Source: Saccostrea cucullata (taxonomy: Eukaryota). Taken from it: DNA of 64,000 bases. This document shows positions 40,470 through 55,005 of the stretch, in pieces (within the stretch, counting starts at the first letter, position 1; each line of letters opens with the position of its first letter). The position numbers and the translations under genes are program-made. Where the stretch lies: the NCBI RefSeq assembly GCF_032062105.1, contig NW_026929981.1, positions 186,001 to 250,000 on the forward strand. The letters run 5' to 3'. Under the pieces are notes generated by a model. The model made no database searches, was not told the DNA's origin, and saw nothing but the letters and a program-made list of their open reading frames with translations.

Positions 40470-43400
40470 CTAAACAAGAGTACCATGCTTTTTATACAGA
40501 TGTCCATAACACTCGCGGCTAGTCTTGAAAAACTCCATGCATATCCAGCAAATGTGGCTCTTGCAATCGCGACATTCAATGCGCTGACAACCGCCATTTT
40601 TCTCTATTCCAGCAAAACAGTTCGGGCACAATTTCCTGTTTTGAGGGTCCCGGCGCATCCATTCTTTAAGTCCCGTTTCATCATTTCCATTTTCCATCTG
40701 GTACATGGCACATGATACTCCATTGTGGTACTCAATGTGGCATTTGTTGCACATACCAGTTCTACAAACACTGCATACAATTCTCCTCCCTTCTTTGCTG
40801 ACTTTGTATACCATTGGGCAATCTGGAGTTATGCAATATCGAACTTTGTCCTTGTTTTCTGCAACAAAACTGGACACAGACGAATGCAGGATACTTTGAA
40901 GACGACAGAATCCATGTTTTGTCATGTTCACAAAATCCTTCCATGCCCAAAGCATATCACAATCAATGTGACAACATTTGAGTGGGAATTGTTTGTTTTT
41001 GATAGAAGATTCTATGTGGAATTTTATACAATCTCTACAGTACGGATGGCCACAGGATTCCAGTCGGTATATTTCGCTGTCCGCTATTTCGGTAAAACAT
41101 ACGCCACAATTCGGTTGCTCAGTACCTACAACTGAGCATTTTTTTCTCAAACAATCAGTAAGCTCTTCAATGCATTGGACAGCTTTCTCAACCGCTTCAT
41201 CTCGACCTAACATTTTAATTCGATGACTCCTGTGATCAAGTTCCACCGTTGACAAACCGCACTCTTTCTTCAGGCCACTAAGGTCTACACTATGCATTAA
41301 TACAACTGTCTTCATTAAACCTGGTGGTTTGGATTCCCCTTTCAAGTCAATTACACGGAGTTTGGAGGAAGTCATTTTTTCAACATACTTTTTTATCTTC
41401 TCTTTAGCTATTCCTCGGTCTTCACTTTGACCATGGACAGAAACAGACGTATTTCTGTGATCAAACAAGATTAATGTGTTTGTCTTTCTCATTACTTTTT
41501 CTACCTTTTCTTGACCGTCGGAAGTGAACAGATACCGAAGTGCTGGCATGTTTTCCAAGTCAATTGTCTCACCTTGAAGCATTCTTTGTACTTTGTTTCT
41601 TGTGTTTACCATACTTTCAATGCAATCTGCATCAATATCTATCATGTAGTTTCCATTTTTGAGTAAAGTTACAGTCAATTGCCTTCCACCGTCTTCATTC
41701 TGTATTTCTTCACAGTATCTTTCAATATTTATTGCCACTCGTTTGAAGACCGGCGCCAAAACAAAGATTCGAGTATGTATTTCTGGCGTGATAGTTACTG
41801 GATCATTTCCAATGGATATTCTATTGTGTAGTCTTGAGCATGCTCCAAATCCTTCCTCTGGGTCTTTAAATGTAACATAAGCCTCATAAGTAATTGCAGC
41901 AGGTTTGGGCTCAATGACAGTGACATTGAATCTATTTTTCTTTATATTAGTTTCCTGTGTAAACTGACTCTCTAATCTAGTTTTCAGACTGTACAACATT
42001 TCTGGTGTTGTATTGACTTTTTCCCGTATAACAACAACTTTTAAAATGTCATTTTCAGAAATGTCAAAAGAATTCAGAAAACTTTCGTGTAAAACATCTT
42101 CATTAACAAGTTCACCCAAGCCTGCTACATGCAGTTCTTTATTTGGATTATTTTTACTTCGCTGTATCTTTACTCGTTTCCCTGCAACAACCATGTTGCT
42201 GAACAATCTTGATCTTATGACGTCGTCTATTTTGTGTTTGTCACGCATCTCAACAAAAGCAAATCCTTTTGACTTTCTTCTACACCAACTCAGCCTTGCC
42301 TTAAGTAGATCGGCTTCTTCACATTTCCCAATCCCTTTCGGTGGTTTTGCAGAAATTTCTGATGTTTTCCCACGTGTTTCCATTACTGCCGCTTTAGCGA
42401 ATTCAGATTTATCATATACGATCTGGCCAAGATATTTAGGATTAGTGTTGTTTGGAGATTTAGGTATGAAAGCTCGGATTGATCCAAAACGTTCAAACCA
42501 ATGTACCATTTCGTCGTCAGAATAGAAAGCATTTGCATTACCGAAAATAAACACATTTTTGTATTCATCCTGATATAACAGGTCATGGATTAGCCCTCCT
42601 GCTCCTATGGAGATCCTTACTCCGTGAAACTCTGAAACCAAAGGATGTTCCACCGTTTCATTCCTTACTTTTTCTCTGATAGGATCAACTGCTAATTGCA
42701 GAGTCTTAAAGGAAATTTCTTGGTCAGCCAGTGGCGCAAAAATTGAAATTTCTCCTTTATCACGATTTGCATCAATCACGAACACGGAGTTCTTGCATTT
42801 TGTCGTTAGATTTTCTTGCATTGCTTTTACTTTGCTATATCTTGGACCAACAATTTCTCTGTGAACTTGAACACCAACATACTCCGTCAAAACTTGTGTA
42901 ACCTTTCTCTTTTCCACGGCATCAATATCAAAGTCCAGAGAACCATCATTCAGTGCTTCTTCGACATCTTCATCCGCTACAGCTGTGATATTTAGGGCAA
43001 AATCACGTGAAGTTTGCATCACCCTCTCGACAATAACCCAGTTAGGGTAAGAAGCAAGAGACTGAAAGGCAGACGATGGATGAACAATCACCTGTTGTCC
43101 TTTGTCTATAAAGAAGTAGCCAGCTTTTTCATGTCCAAGAAAAAAGCAGACATTGCATTGAAATGATTTAAACAGTAGTTTCTGCAAAATTCTATCTCTA
43201 TCTACAGCATCTGTAAATTTATATTTTATGTTGATGGACAGGTCTCTCCTAAGAGTATATAAAAGTTCCTCTGTAGCATCGTCAATGTTTCTCATAGCTT
43301 TTCCATTTATTGAATTATCTCTACACCATTTACCTCTCTGTCTTGCGGGAACTTTGTGCCATTCTTTGAAAACACTAAGATTGGTAAAGTGATCTCCAAA

Positions 43401-46400
43401 CTTATGACAAAATTGGATTTTCAGCTTGTCCGATAATTCTTTCTGTGACGTTGTCCCGCCTCGATAAAACAAAGACCCTGGTACTGTGCAGGAGGCCGCT
43501 ATAATGATTCCCTCTAAGCCAACATTACGATCTATGCCGTCATGTACAAGAACTCCTAAACTTGGTTCAAATGGAAGTTTTGCAATCCACCTTCCTAAAG
43601 GAGATATTTTCCCATTTTCAATGGCTCCAAGTTTATTGAGGTGCTGGAAAGCGTTTTCCATAGAAACTTTCTCTGGAGCTTGTACAAAGTCAAATTCTAA
43701 TGGATCAACATCCAGTTGCAAAAGCTTAAGAATTGCATGACCTAAGTGTATCTTCAGAATTTCTGGTATAGATGTCGGGTACATTATGTCGTAATCTTCC
43801 TTTGAATAAAGTCTATAACATTTACCAGGTCCGGTTCTTCCAGCCCTTCCTTTCCTCTGGTCAGCAGAACTTTTGGTAACTTTCACAACACGCAATGCAC
43901 TTATTTTCTTCCTTGGATCATACGATAATTCTTTAACAGCCCCGGTATCAACTACATACTTTACACCAGGTATTGTCACTGATGTTTCGGCTACATTTGT
44001 AGCAAGCACAATTTTTCGTGTTCCTTTTGGTGATTCCCTAAATACTAAATTCTGTTCTTCAGTTTGAAGTTTACCATGTAAAGGTAAAATCCAATGATCT
44101 TTCCGCCCTCTCAGTAATACATTTATTTTTTCCGCACACTGCTCAATTTCGAGTTGGGATGTTAAAAACACTAATATATCTCCAGGTGGTTTCTTTCTGT
44201 GAATTTCTGCTGCTTTTTCGATAGCTTTAATTTCATAGTTATCAGCCACATCAGCACCAGTTGACATAGTTAACCATTCAATATCAACAGGAAACATTCT
44301 TCCAGAAACTCTTAAGACCGGGCAAATATCGGATCCTCCAAAGTATTGCACAAATACGTCTGGATCTATTGTTGCAGAAGTGACCACAACACGAAGCTTT
44401 GGTCGTTGTGGTAAACACTTTTTGATCATTCCCAGCAGGAGGTCAGTATAAACACTTCTTTCGTGAGCTTCATCAATCACAACACAGGAAAACTCCACCA
44501 GCAAAGGATCTTTGAGACACTCATTCAAAAGCATGTGGTCAGTCATGTACAATACCTTAGACTGATTACTCAGCTTTGATTTCATTCCAGCTTGATAACC
44601 CACAAGGTCACCTACTTTTGTCTTCTGTTCAATTGCAACTCTTTCAGCAAGGCTAATCGCTGCTACTTTTCGTGGCTGTGTACAAATGATTTTTCCAAGG
44701 GAACTTAATTCTGACTCCAATATGTATTGAGTTATTTGAGTACTTTTTCCGGATCCAGTTTCTCCTAGAATGATAGATACCTGGTTTTCAAGAATCGTGT
44801 CGACAATTTGGGTTCTTCTTGCATAAATAGGCAATGCTTGTTCTAGTCTTGTGCATTCAATTTCATATCTCTTCAGTAAGTAATCAGTATCCTTCTGCGT
44901 TACGTGTTGTGTTTAGCAGACTCTATTTTCTGTATAACATTTGATGAACATAATTCAAATTCACTCTGTTGTTGAATAAGCTCTCTGTTTTTATCATTTA
45001 ACGCTTTTCGTTGAGCTTCTCTTTGCTCATGAAGTGACATATCAATGAATTTTTTCTTCTTCTTTGAACAGACCTCATCTAAAATGTGTGTTTCTTTTTC
45101 AACCTCTTTAAGTTTACCTTGGTGTCTTTGTAATATTTTCTCAGCCTTTTCTTTCAAGTTTTGCAGTTTTTTATTATTCCCCATTAACTTTGTATTTGGA
45201 TTATTTTCTTCGGAAGTTCCTTTTTTCAATTGGTACCCAAAACCCAACTCTTTATCATTTTGTTCCAAGCATCTTTGAAATGACGAGGCATCTGCATCGG
45301 TTTTAAAATCAAAAACAACAGTTGTTGTCCTGTTTACGGGATTGGTGTCAAAAGATGTAACACGAAATCTAACATCTGAAACAATACCAATGAGATGTGA
45401 CCACAAATCATTTTCATCTTCTAATGTCTTAGAAATAATCAAGGCACGAGTTAAAGTGTCTTTATTGCAATTCTGACCAAAAGCACTTTGGGCAAGATGT
45501 GCAGGTAATTTTTCTCTTGGTGTTAAACTGTACATTTTCTCCTTAACTCTTCCGCATTGATCCTTGTTTTCAGTTGTACTAAGTCTCTCTTTATCTTCTT
45601 TTACTCTTTCATTTGCCTCAGTCTTCTCATTAAATTTAATCACATTGTCTCTCTTTGACTCTTTAATCAAAACAGCATCATTCAAAGATTCGGTGCTCTG
45701 CTTTGAAGTCACCCTCTGCTTTGACATCTTCTCTGAAAAATCCAAGATATCTTTAACCTCTTCTTTCACAGTTGTACACGGCTTCTGTACCGTCATTTCA
45801 GATTCTGTACCTGTTGTAAATGGTTTGTCTATTCGTGGACTAGATTCTTCTATTACCAAATTGGAAACACTTATGTTTTGTTCATCGATGGCATCGTTTG
45901 AAATGGTATCTTGAAATGCCGATTTCCTTTTTTCTGACGTCGACGGTTTTGATTTAGTAGCCTTTCTCTCTTCAGTATTAGATATTCTTTTATTGCTGAC
46001 ATGCTGAACAACGACTGCTTTTTTCAATGGCATTTGCATTTCTGTAGAAGCTTGACTTCTTTTGATATTTGACACCTCCTTGTTATAATGTTGGTTGTTT
46101 GTAACTTCTACATTTGCATGAACATTCCCTTTTTGGAGATTTTGTGGATTTAGGATTTTATGCACTATTTTACCTCTGTATTCTTCTCCACTGACGTCTA
46201 TCTGTTTGGAATTATCTTCTTTAATTTTTGTGCAAGTAGTAATACTTTCTTTGCTTAGTCTTGGTTCTTTTGCTTTCAACAAAGAAGAATCTGAACATTG
46301 GACAATTTTAACGACAGAAACCTTTTTCTGTTTCGACTCCTTTGCTTTGACCGGAGTATCCTTTGATCTTGCGGATACCGGTATTGTGTGTTCATTTCCT

Positions 46401-48688
46401 TTAATACGTCCCTTTTGCTCACCGAAGGTTTCCTTTCTTGTTTTACATTTTTCATTTCTTTCCTCTTTATGATGGCTTTGTCGACTGGGGTTCCGATCAG
46501 TTTGGTATTCAAATACACAATCTTGGGCTGCAGTGTTGCAAGAATTGATAGGTTTGCATGTACTTTTTTCACCTTGCTGTTTGACTTTTGTTTCCATTCG
46601 TTCTCCTGAATCAACATTCGGTTTACTTATGTCTTTATCCTGAATGATATTGTGTAACTTTTGAGTGGTTATTTTTACCATACCAGTGTTTCCTTTTATT
46701 TTGGAATCAATTTTTCCATCACAACTCGATTTACATAGTGATTGTACCACATTTGTAAGTGATTTTTCTGGTTTTTCATCAGTCTTTTTAAAATATTTGT
46801 CTTCTTCTTCCTTTGTTTCTGTGTTTTTGCATTTCTTGTCTCTATTTTCTTCAACAGCAACCTCCACTTTTTCATCATGCTTAAAACTGCCTTGTACAGA
46901 ACATTTATTGCTGTCTTTTGACTCCTTTTTCGTAGAATGTGAACTTGTTACGGCGCTTCCTACGGGAAATGACATGGGTTTAAATTTGTGTTTATCTTGT
47001 TTAACACTGGCTACATTTTGTCTTCCATTTGTTGACTTGTCTTTTGGTTCAAAGTGACTTTGAATTACTCTTGAAGATTTAGCATTTGTTTCTTCAATCC
47101 GTTGGATCAATTGATCTGTTTTAAAATCAGAGATCTCGTTAGTTTTACCTGTACTGCCACCCTGTTCTTGAGGTTTTGTTGGATTACACTCTTTCAGATT
47201 TCCCTCTACTGATCTGACGTTTCTATTTTGAACTAAATCTGGTTCTTGTTCTATATTTTTAACTTTTATGAAATCTTGCCATTTTTTAAACTCTGGATCT
47301 ACTTTTTTCCAACCACATCCGTCGGCATATACTCCTCTGCAATGATATGTGGGGCTTTTCTCTCTGGATTGTTGAAATCTTTTTCTTGTTTGGTTTTCAA
47401 TAGGTTGTATGTCTTCTTCCTCTACATCTCGAAACTTGATTTTTCTTTTATCTGCTTTACTACTTCCACCAGGTAATTCTTTGGACTTCTTGTAATATCC
47501 AGAAAAATCACTGGTTTGGTTTGATTCTTCTGAATAGTTCATATCTGCTTGTTGTACAATTCTTTCCACTGCAAATTCATTTTGCTTCACTGCATTCTGT
47601 GAGACTACAAATGGATTAGCAGAGGCACTGTTTTTGTCTGGCTCAAGGTTTTCACTTCGTTTCATATCTTTCATGTCACTTTCTAATTTTATTTCCCAAG
47701 TAGGAGGGGTTCGCGGTTCCCATTTCATACCATACTGTGGAAAATGAGGAACTTCTTTGGTTGCATTGTCAGATAATGTGCAAGATGTACTATTTTCATC
47801 TGGTTTTATGCTTTTATTTTCCTTAATGTCATTTAAAGCAACTATAGAGTATTTGCCTCCATGTTGGATAACTGAAGTATTTTTCAGCTCATTTTTGTCT
47901 TTTCTTACCGAAACTACAGAGTTATAATTACTTAAACCTTCTTCCTTAAGACATTTTTGACCATATAAAGGTTTAGGTGAATTAAAACTCATTTTTGCTT
48001 GGTTTTCCACATAGTGATCTTCTCCCATCACATCTCCAGAATCTGAATTTCTAACATATTTGGAGCTTAAACTAGGCATTGTACAATCATTCTGCACACC
48101 TAAGATAGGATTTCCTTGACTACATTTTGCAGAAAATTCAGTTTCATATTTTTTATCCCTCATCTGAAATCTCGAATTTTTACTTGAAAGCATGTTATAT
48201 TGAATTTTTTCATGGGATGGTATGTTTGAAACATCCATGCGAGGATTATTATCATTGTCCTCAACAGTTTTCACCCTCAAACATGCATTTCGATAGTTTT
48301 CTACTGTAGGAACCAAAGGATTCGAGCAAGTCTTTGTATCTTTCCTTACAGTCGGTGGATATACCTCAAAATCCATGTAGGAAATATTTTCAGTGCCTGT
48401 TACTTGTTTATTTGGTATTAGTGTTATTTCATCACTTGTAAGACCCTCTTCCCACGTTGTACAGGAGGGATACCCTGGTGATTTAACCTCCTCCAGTTCT
48501 CTAGCTGGGGGCGATGGCGATATTTTCAGATGCGCATTATTTGATTTATAAGAATGAAAATCCTCCCTTAATGTAGCCAAATTATTCGTGTACGACTCGT
48601 CTGTGGTCCCAGTTGATACTTTAGCCACTCTTTCATTGACTTGGCCTTCTGACTTAGTCGCTTTCTTTTTTGTTGAGCTTTGGCCCAT
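40470..48688 (-). CDS. Paralogue B: DEAH helicase-RRM/KH-RBR E3 ligase, ~2739 aa after correcting a 1-nt deletion at ~44905
   Basis: ORFs 48688-44900 and 44834-40470 join as IQKIESAKHN/VTQKDTDYLLKRYEIECTRLEQALPIYARR, colinear with paralogue A. Full helicase motifs I-VI, RNP1 KGFAFVEM, RING1-IBR-RING2. 8219 + 1 nt = 2740 codons. Confidence 0.88.
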
Positions 48689-49984
48689 TCTTTATATTCT
48701 ACAACAAATTAAACAAAATTTAAACACAAAACTGTTTTCAACAGAACAAGCAGTCTGGGAACATTGCATTAGCAATACACACCTCCTACCGAATGTTATC
48801 TGGTTCCCAAGACAAAACGAAAATGCCATAGTTCCGTTCAAAATTCATTTATGAAGCAGATTTAAAATGCAGTATATTTCATCGAGATAAATTCATGTAC
48901 CAAAGATCAGCTCAACATTTGCAAGTGTTCAGAAAATGCAGGAAAACATTGAAATTTAAAATTGAAACTGAAGTGGAACGAAATTTAAACTTATCTGTAA
49001 CGTATCAAGATTAATTCGCATACCAGTTCTGAAAGCATTTAGAAAAAAACAGAGTGCATGGAAAACCAAATGCATGGGGCAGACTGACAGACAAAGTCAA
49101 GTTCCATCTAATCTCTCTAGAGAAGCGGCGAAGCTTTCGTCCATTTCTCAAAGAGAATAGGTTCCATCGTGTATCACTAAGGCAATATTTATAGTTTTTA
49201 AACATTTACATAGCAAAAAGGAAAATGCAGTGTTGTTAAAGGTAGGCTTATGGTCATCTAAATTTCTATACATTTTTATGGTGTCTTGATTTCGTTTAAG
49301 AAGTTTTTGTGATTTACATGTGCATGTTTATTAATCATATACTGATGGTCATAGTGAATTCAAATACATGTACATTAAAAATGATGAATACAAAAGTAAC
49401 TTAAAAAGAAGTTAAGAACATCAATTAAATGTTTTTCCATACATGTGTTTTGATAGCTGATTTAAGAAAAAAATGTAATAAAAAAAATAGGTACTGAGTA
49501 TTTAATAAAACCTGGTAGAATTTCAAATCTGGTTCGTTTCACCGGAAACATTGTTATCCACTTAAACATGCAAATGTTTTAGCTGCATTTATAATATACT
49601 TGTTATTGCATTTTTGTATAACATCAGCATTTTATAAAGACACTATAATTTACAACATAATTTCAAATTAAATAATAACAAAATATTTCAAAACATAGCT
49701 AAAAAAATTTTGAAAATGATTAGTCACAGATTATTCTCTTTGTGCTTTGAAAATCATCTGGATATTTTTAATCAATTTTTAAATGTTGTACATGAACTTC
49801 CGGATACAGTTTTTATTTACGATTTACGTCTTCTTCTGAAAATTGCATGTACATGTATATGTATAAAACATGTAGATGGATTATGATGAGGAAACGAACA
49901 TTTAAACTACATGTATGTCCTTTAAAATTAGTGCTCAGTTTTTACCTTTTGAAATATGTGGAGATAACAAACAGAATTCAAGCT

Positions 49985-50900
49985 GAAAAGTCCATAAAAC
50001 TATGCAAAATTGGAGCAGAGAAAACACAGACCTCCAAACAAATATCGGAAAATCCGTCGACAATTCAGTGTGTAAATAATGGCCTAACAATTTGTATGAA
50101 AAACATCAGTCAGCATTTAACTTAATGATAGATTGTACTTTCCGACAAGGTCATTGTTTCGATCATATATGTAGCACTTACGAAATAATGAATTTAGACG
50201 AGACTGCTAATACTCTTGTTTCATTAACTTGTTTGTCAATATTTACCTCGTTTTATATATAGCCATACATGGAGCATGCTCTTGCGTATCGAGTCACCTG
50301 AGACAAATAAACTCCGTGTGCAGGTGATGAAGGTATATTGCTGCATAAATAACGGAAGTTGACGAATGAAAAGTTAAAGTCATCATGTTTATCATAAAAC
50401 TTGTTTGTTAGATTCCAGATATAAAACAAATGTTCAGACTCTGTGGTATCTTTTATAACAAGCTCAACAGGATATATCGTATCGACATAAAAACGAAAAA
50501 AAAACATTGCTAATTGACAATAGATATATCTAAATGTAGAGTTGAAGGCCAGAACAAGTGTTTTCTTCTTTCCATGTACATGTATAAGACTTTGGACAAA
50601 TTCTGTTCATATTAATATAAAAATAGGACTGCTGATATAGGAGGCGCAATTGGTACCCTTGGGAATTCCAATGGATTGTTGGAAGACCTTACTTCAAAAA
50701 CACAAAGATATTGTCGATCAGAAACTCAAGCATCTTTTAAATATTAAAGTACTTTTTTGTACACATTGGGGTCGCTCAATGTATACAAGGGAGATCTTAA
50801 CTTTTAATATTTTGAAAATGTTTCAATTTCTAAAATAAATTTGCAAGAACTAGGTATACGATAAAATTGTTGATTCAATGTGCACAATCAGTCTAGTCCT
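49985..50900 (-). mobile_element. Penelope-like RT remnant in the predicted intron of paralogue B
   Basis: IYPVELVIKDTTES...FYDKHDDFNFSFVNF..LCSNIPSSPAHGVYLSQVTRYARACS; GIP.GTNCAP-like motif at ~50655-50680. Confidence 0.75.
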
Positions 50901-51039
50901 GCTGTGACCATGAATTTTTTTACACAGATTATATGACAAGTTTATAAATTTAATCTACACAACACATGGCAACAGATATGATATAAAGGTATTCGCTTTG
51001 GTCTCAATCAATATTCTGTAAAAAAAAAATACCCCACTG

Positions 51040-51901
51040 ATCATAATTTAGACATTTTGAAATCTACACTACATCATGATCCTTCCACGGGCACATATGT
51101 TTCAGCTTTTTTGGCCCAGTGGTTCCTGAGAAGAAGATTTTCAAAGATTTTTCCTATATATTTCTATGTAAAACTTTGATTCCCTATAATGGCCCCGCCC
51201 TTCCCTGGGGGTCATGATTCCTACAATTTAGAATTTACACTACCCCAGAATGCTTCCACATAAGTTTCACTTTTTCTGGCCCATGAGAAGAAGATTTTCA
51301 AAGATTTTTCCTATATATTTCTATATAAAACTTTGATTCCCCATTGTGCCCCGCCCTTCCCCGGGGGTATTATTTGAACAATTTAGAATCTACATTATGT
51401 GCTTCCCATAAGTTTCAGCTTTTCTGGCCCATGAGAAGAAGATTTTCAAAGATTTTTCCTATATATTTCTATGTAAAACTTTGATTCCCCATTGTGGCCC
51501 CGCCCTTCCCTCGGGGGTCACATGATGTGAACAATTTAGAATCTACACTATACCTGGATGCTTCCACATAAGTTTCAGCTTTTCTGGCCCAGTGGTTCTT
51601 GAGAAGAAGATTTTCAAAGATTTTTCCTATATATTTCTATGTAAAACTTTGATTCCCCATTGTGGCCCCGCCCTTCCCCCAGGGGTCATGATTTGAACAA
51701 TTTAGAATCTACATTATACCAGAATGCTTTCACATAAGTTTCAGCTTTTCTGGCCCAGTGGTTCTTGAGAAGAAGATTTTTTAATGACCCAACCCTATTT
51801 TTGTCTTTTCTTGATTATCTCCCCTTGCGAGGGGACAGTTCCTTTATTTTAACAATTTAGATTCCCCATCACCCAAGAATGCTTTGTACCAAGTTTGGTC
51901 A

Positions 51902-51938
<37 letters not shown>

Positions 51939-52028
51939 GTGAAAAGTTTACAGACGGACAGACAGACGGACAGACAGACAGACGGACAGACGGACGGACA
52001 GACAGACGGACGGACGACGGACAAAATG

Positions 52029-52059
<31 letters not shown>

Positions 52060-52072
52060 GAGGTGAGCTAAA
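51040..52072 (-). mobile_element. CvA-like Helentron-associated element with ~150-166-bp repeats and (GACA/GACG)n
   Basis: Repeated GAGAAGAAGATTTTCAAAGATTTTTCCTATATATTTCTAT; ends GCTCACTTGAGCCTTCGGCTGAGGTGAGCTAAAA, the reverse complement of the 22318 start. Confidence 0.85.
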
Positions 52073-52520
52073 AATGTTAAATTAAATAATACATGTGATA
52101 TTAAAAGATGTCCCATTCATTAAAGAAGAAAATCATAGTTCGGTCCAATTTGAATGATTTTTTCAATAACAAAGCTTAGTTTTTCGCATTTCGAGACGAG
52201 GGTGTGTGAGGTTATCGTCATTATTTAAGCAAATGTATATCATTTACTAGACCGGAAAAGACTGAAAACAACATTTTTGCTGTACCTACATAATTATGCA
52301 CTCCTCAAACTAAATCGATAAAGAAACAAACCTTGCCATAATACCAGGGTAGGCATGAATATAAAATAAGCAGAATAAAATCATGTCCCAAAAATTCTTG
52401 TAATGATTTTATAGTCTAATAAAAGAGGCATATTTACCCTATAATGTTTCCTTTGCGTTTATGGAGAGTAGTTCCAATATCAATGTAAATGTCATCATGC
52501 CTGTTGTTTAAATATCCTAC

Positions 52521-52631
52521 CTCAACAAATAGGTGATCTGACTAAACTTATGCATTTTACACAGTCTGATAATTTCTTGCATTGGTTGCACTTTGCTCCT
52601 CAATTCATTGAAAATAATTACTTTCACTTTC
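52521..52631 (-). promoter_or_regulatory. Putative first (5'UTR) exon of paralogue B with IRF-E GAAAGTGAAAGT
   Basis: Donor GAG|GTAGGA after 52521; ACTTTCACTTTC at 52620-52631. Confidence 0.55.
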
Positions 52632-53243
52632 TGTTCTGACTTCCGAATAGCAGTGAAAAAAAAACTCAATAATTAAAACCTCATGATCAGCTCGTCTCAA
52701 AACCAAACATATAAAGTCTGGTTTATTGTGATCCCTATTAAGGAGGCTGTGTGTCAACAAATTAACCATCATTTATAACTTAATTTTTAGATATGATATA
52801 TCTTAAGGTGTCAGCTATCATTTTGCAAAGAAAAAAATTCATATATTTTTGTTTTAAGAAAATTATCATTTTTTTATAGTTTATATACAGATTTCTACGA
52901 AAGCCCAGAAGGCTCATTCGAGATTCGAGTTTCAAAGTACGAGATTCGAAATTCGAGATTCGAAATTGATCCAAACTAACCAATCAGAAGCTCAATTCAT
53001 TGAAAATAATTATTCGAAATTCAAGATCCAAACTAGCCAATCAAAAGTGGGTTCAACAAATGATTACTCCCCTTTATTATGTTTTTACTATGAAGAAATT
53101 GTTTAAAATAATTATAACAAATTTCATTTAATTATATTACAATGCAAGAAAGTGTGTAATATAAGGAAAAACAATTTTTAATTTAAAAGAAAGATATATC
53201 AATCTATATTATAGCTCGTCTTAAAATTAAAAAGATGGTTTAT

Positions 53244-53247
<4 letters not shown>

Positions 53248-53290
<43 letters not shown>
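53248..53290. repeat. (TA)n microsatellite
   Basis: About 21 TA units. Confidence 0.95.
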
Positions 53291-53295
<5 letters not shown>

Positions 53296-53847
53296 GGATC
53301 AAATACACTTATTCATCGTGTGGCCAAAAAAATCGTAAAAACCCAGAATAATCGCTCAACTGTGTGTCAACATTTTAACTTATTAACCATCATTTATAAC
53401 TTAATTTTTAGATATCGTTAAAAAAAATATCTTATCCACAAGTACCTGTGGTTTTCCTATGCGCGGAAATACAAAAAAAAAATAAGTGTAGAAGATAATA
53501 CAAAAGTATATATACTCCTGATACATGTAATCTATTTAATATTTAAGAAGCTATAATATAAATTGAAGTATATCTTGCTGCAAAAATCCAATAATTATTA
53601 AATTTCCTTCTAATATATATAAAACAGGTAATTTGTCAACTATCATTTTGCAAAGAAAAAAAATTCATGTATTTTTGTTTCAAGAAAATTATCATTTTTG
53701 TATAGTTTATATACAGATTTCCTCTTCTTAAGGAGATCAATTTAGTCTAAAAATGCCCCAACCCCCCTTTAACACGTGAAAATATTTGTTTTTCTTTAAA
53801 GTTGACTTTACGTCCATTTGAACCTAAATTGTACTCAGCTATAATTT

Positions 53848-53850
<3 letters not shown>

Positions 53851-53884
<34 letters not shown>

Positions 53885-54327
53885 CAACCTTTGACCATTC
53901 TGCTCTTCACCAGATTTCCCCTGATAATACATATTGTGACCCCACCCTACCCAACTGATCATAATTAAGATAATTTAAAAAAATCTACACTACCCCCAGG
54001 ATGCTTCCACATAATTTTCAGCTTTTCTGGCCCAGTGGTTCTTGAGAAGGAGATTTTCAAAGATTTTTCCTATGTTTTTCTACGTAAAACTTTGATTCCC
54101 CATTGTGGCTCCGCCCTACCCCCGGGCATCATGATTTGAACAATTTAGAATCTACACTACCCCAAGATGCTTCCACATAAGTTTCAGCTTTTCTGGCCCA
54201 GATGCTTTGTACCAAGTTTGGTCAAAATTGGCCCAGTGGTTCTTGAGAAGAAGACAAAAATGTGGAAAGTTAACAGACGGACGGACAGACAGACAGGCAA
54301 GCAGACGGACGGACGACGGACAAAATG

Positions 54328-54360
<33 letters not shown>

Positions 54361-54370
54361 TGTGAGCTAA
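53851..54370 (-). mobile_element. Short complete CvA-like element
   Basis: AACAAGAGGCCCATGGGCCACATCGCTCACCTG...GAGCCTTCGGCTCATGTGAGCTAA; both termini present. Confidence 0.85.
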
Positions 54371-54798
54371 AAATTGATGCCTCATACATTTATTTTCTAG
54401 AGATATATTCCAAGTTCTAGGGATTATGTGTTAGAGCTCTACTATCATTTTCATTTATTTGATTGAAATTAAAATACGCGATATTTTTACAATATCACTG
54501 TGATTATTCTTAAATTGTGTTATTTCATAACCCATACTTATTAGACTTTCAACTTTTTGTCTATTGTGAGTCCAGGCCCCAGGACCATACATTTTATGCT
54601 TCCTTCAAAATCTTTATTTTATAATAATATGTTGTACAAGTGGAGCAGACCAAAATTAAAATATTTTTCAATATTGTTCCACTGAGGTGTTATGTGCAAA
54701 TTTAGAACTAAATTCTATCCTTAATAAATATTTTTCTTGGCGATTAAAAATATAAAAAAAAAATGACTTAAGTCAGTTTGTTTCATGATCCTGTGGCC

Positions 54799-55005
54799 AG
54801 GCCTGGGGGCCATAAAGCTTAGACGAAGAGCTCACTTTTGATCTCAATTTCACTTTTTCCAAAGGATTATATAGTGGAAAAGTGAGACTGAGATCATAAG
54901 TAAGCTCGTCGTCTAAGTTTTATGGTCCCCAGGCCTATATATTCCTTTGGTAAAAGAGAGACTGAGATCAAAAGTAAGCTCGTTTTCTAAGTTTTATGGC
55001 CCCTA
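54799..55005. repeat. Palindrome with a partially duplicated right arm
   Basis: AGGCCTGGGGGCCATAAAGCTTAGACGA...TCGTCTAAGTTTTATGGTCCCCAGGCCT, then a second GAGACTGAGATCA...CTAAGTTTTATGG. Confidence 0.7.
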
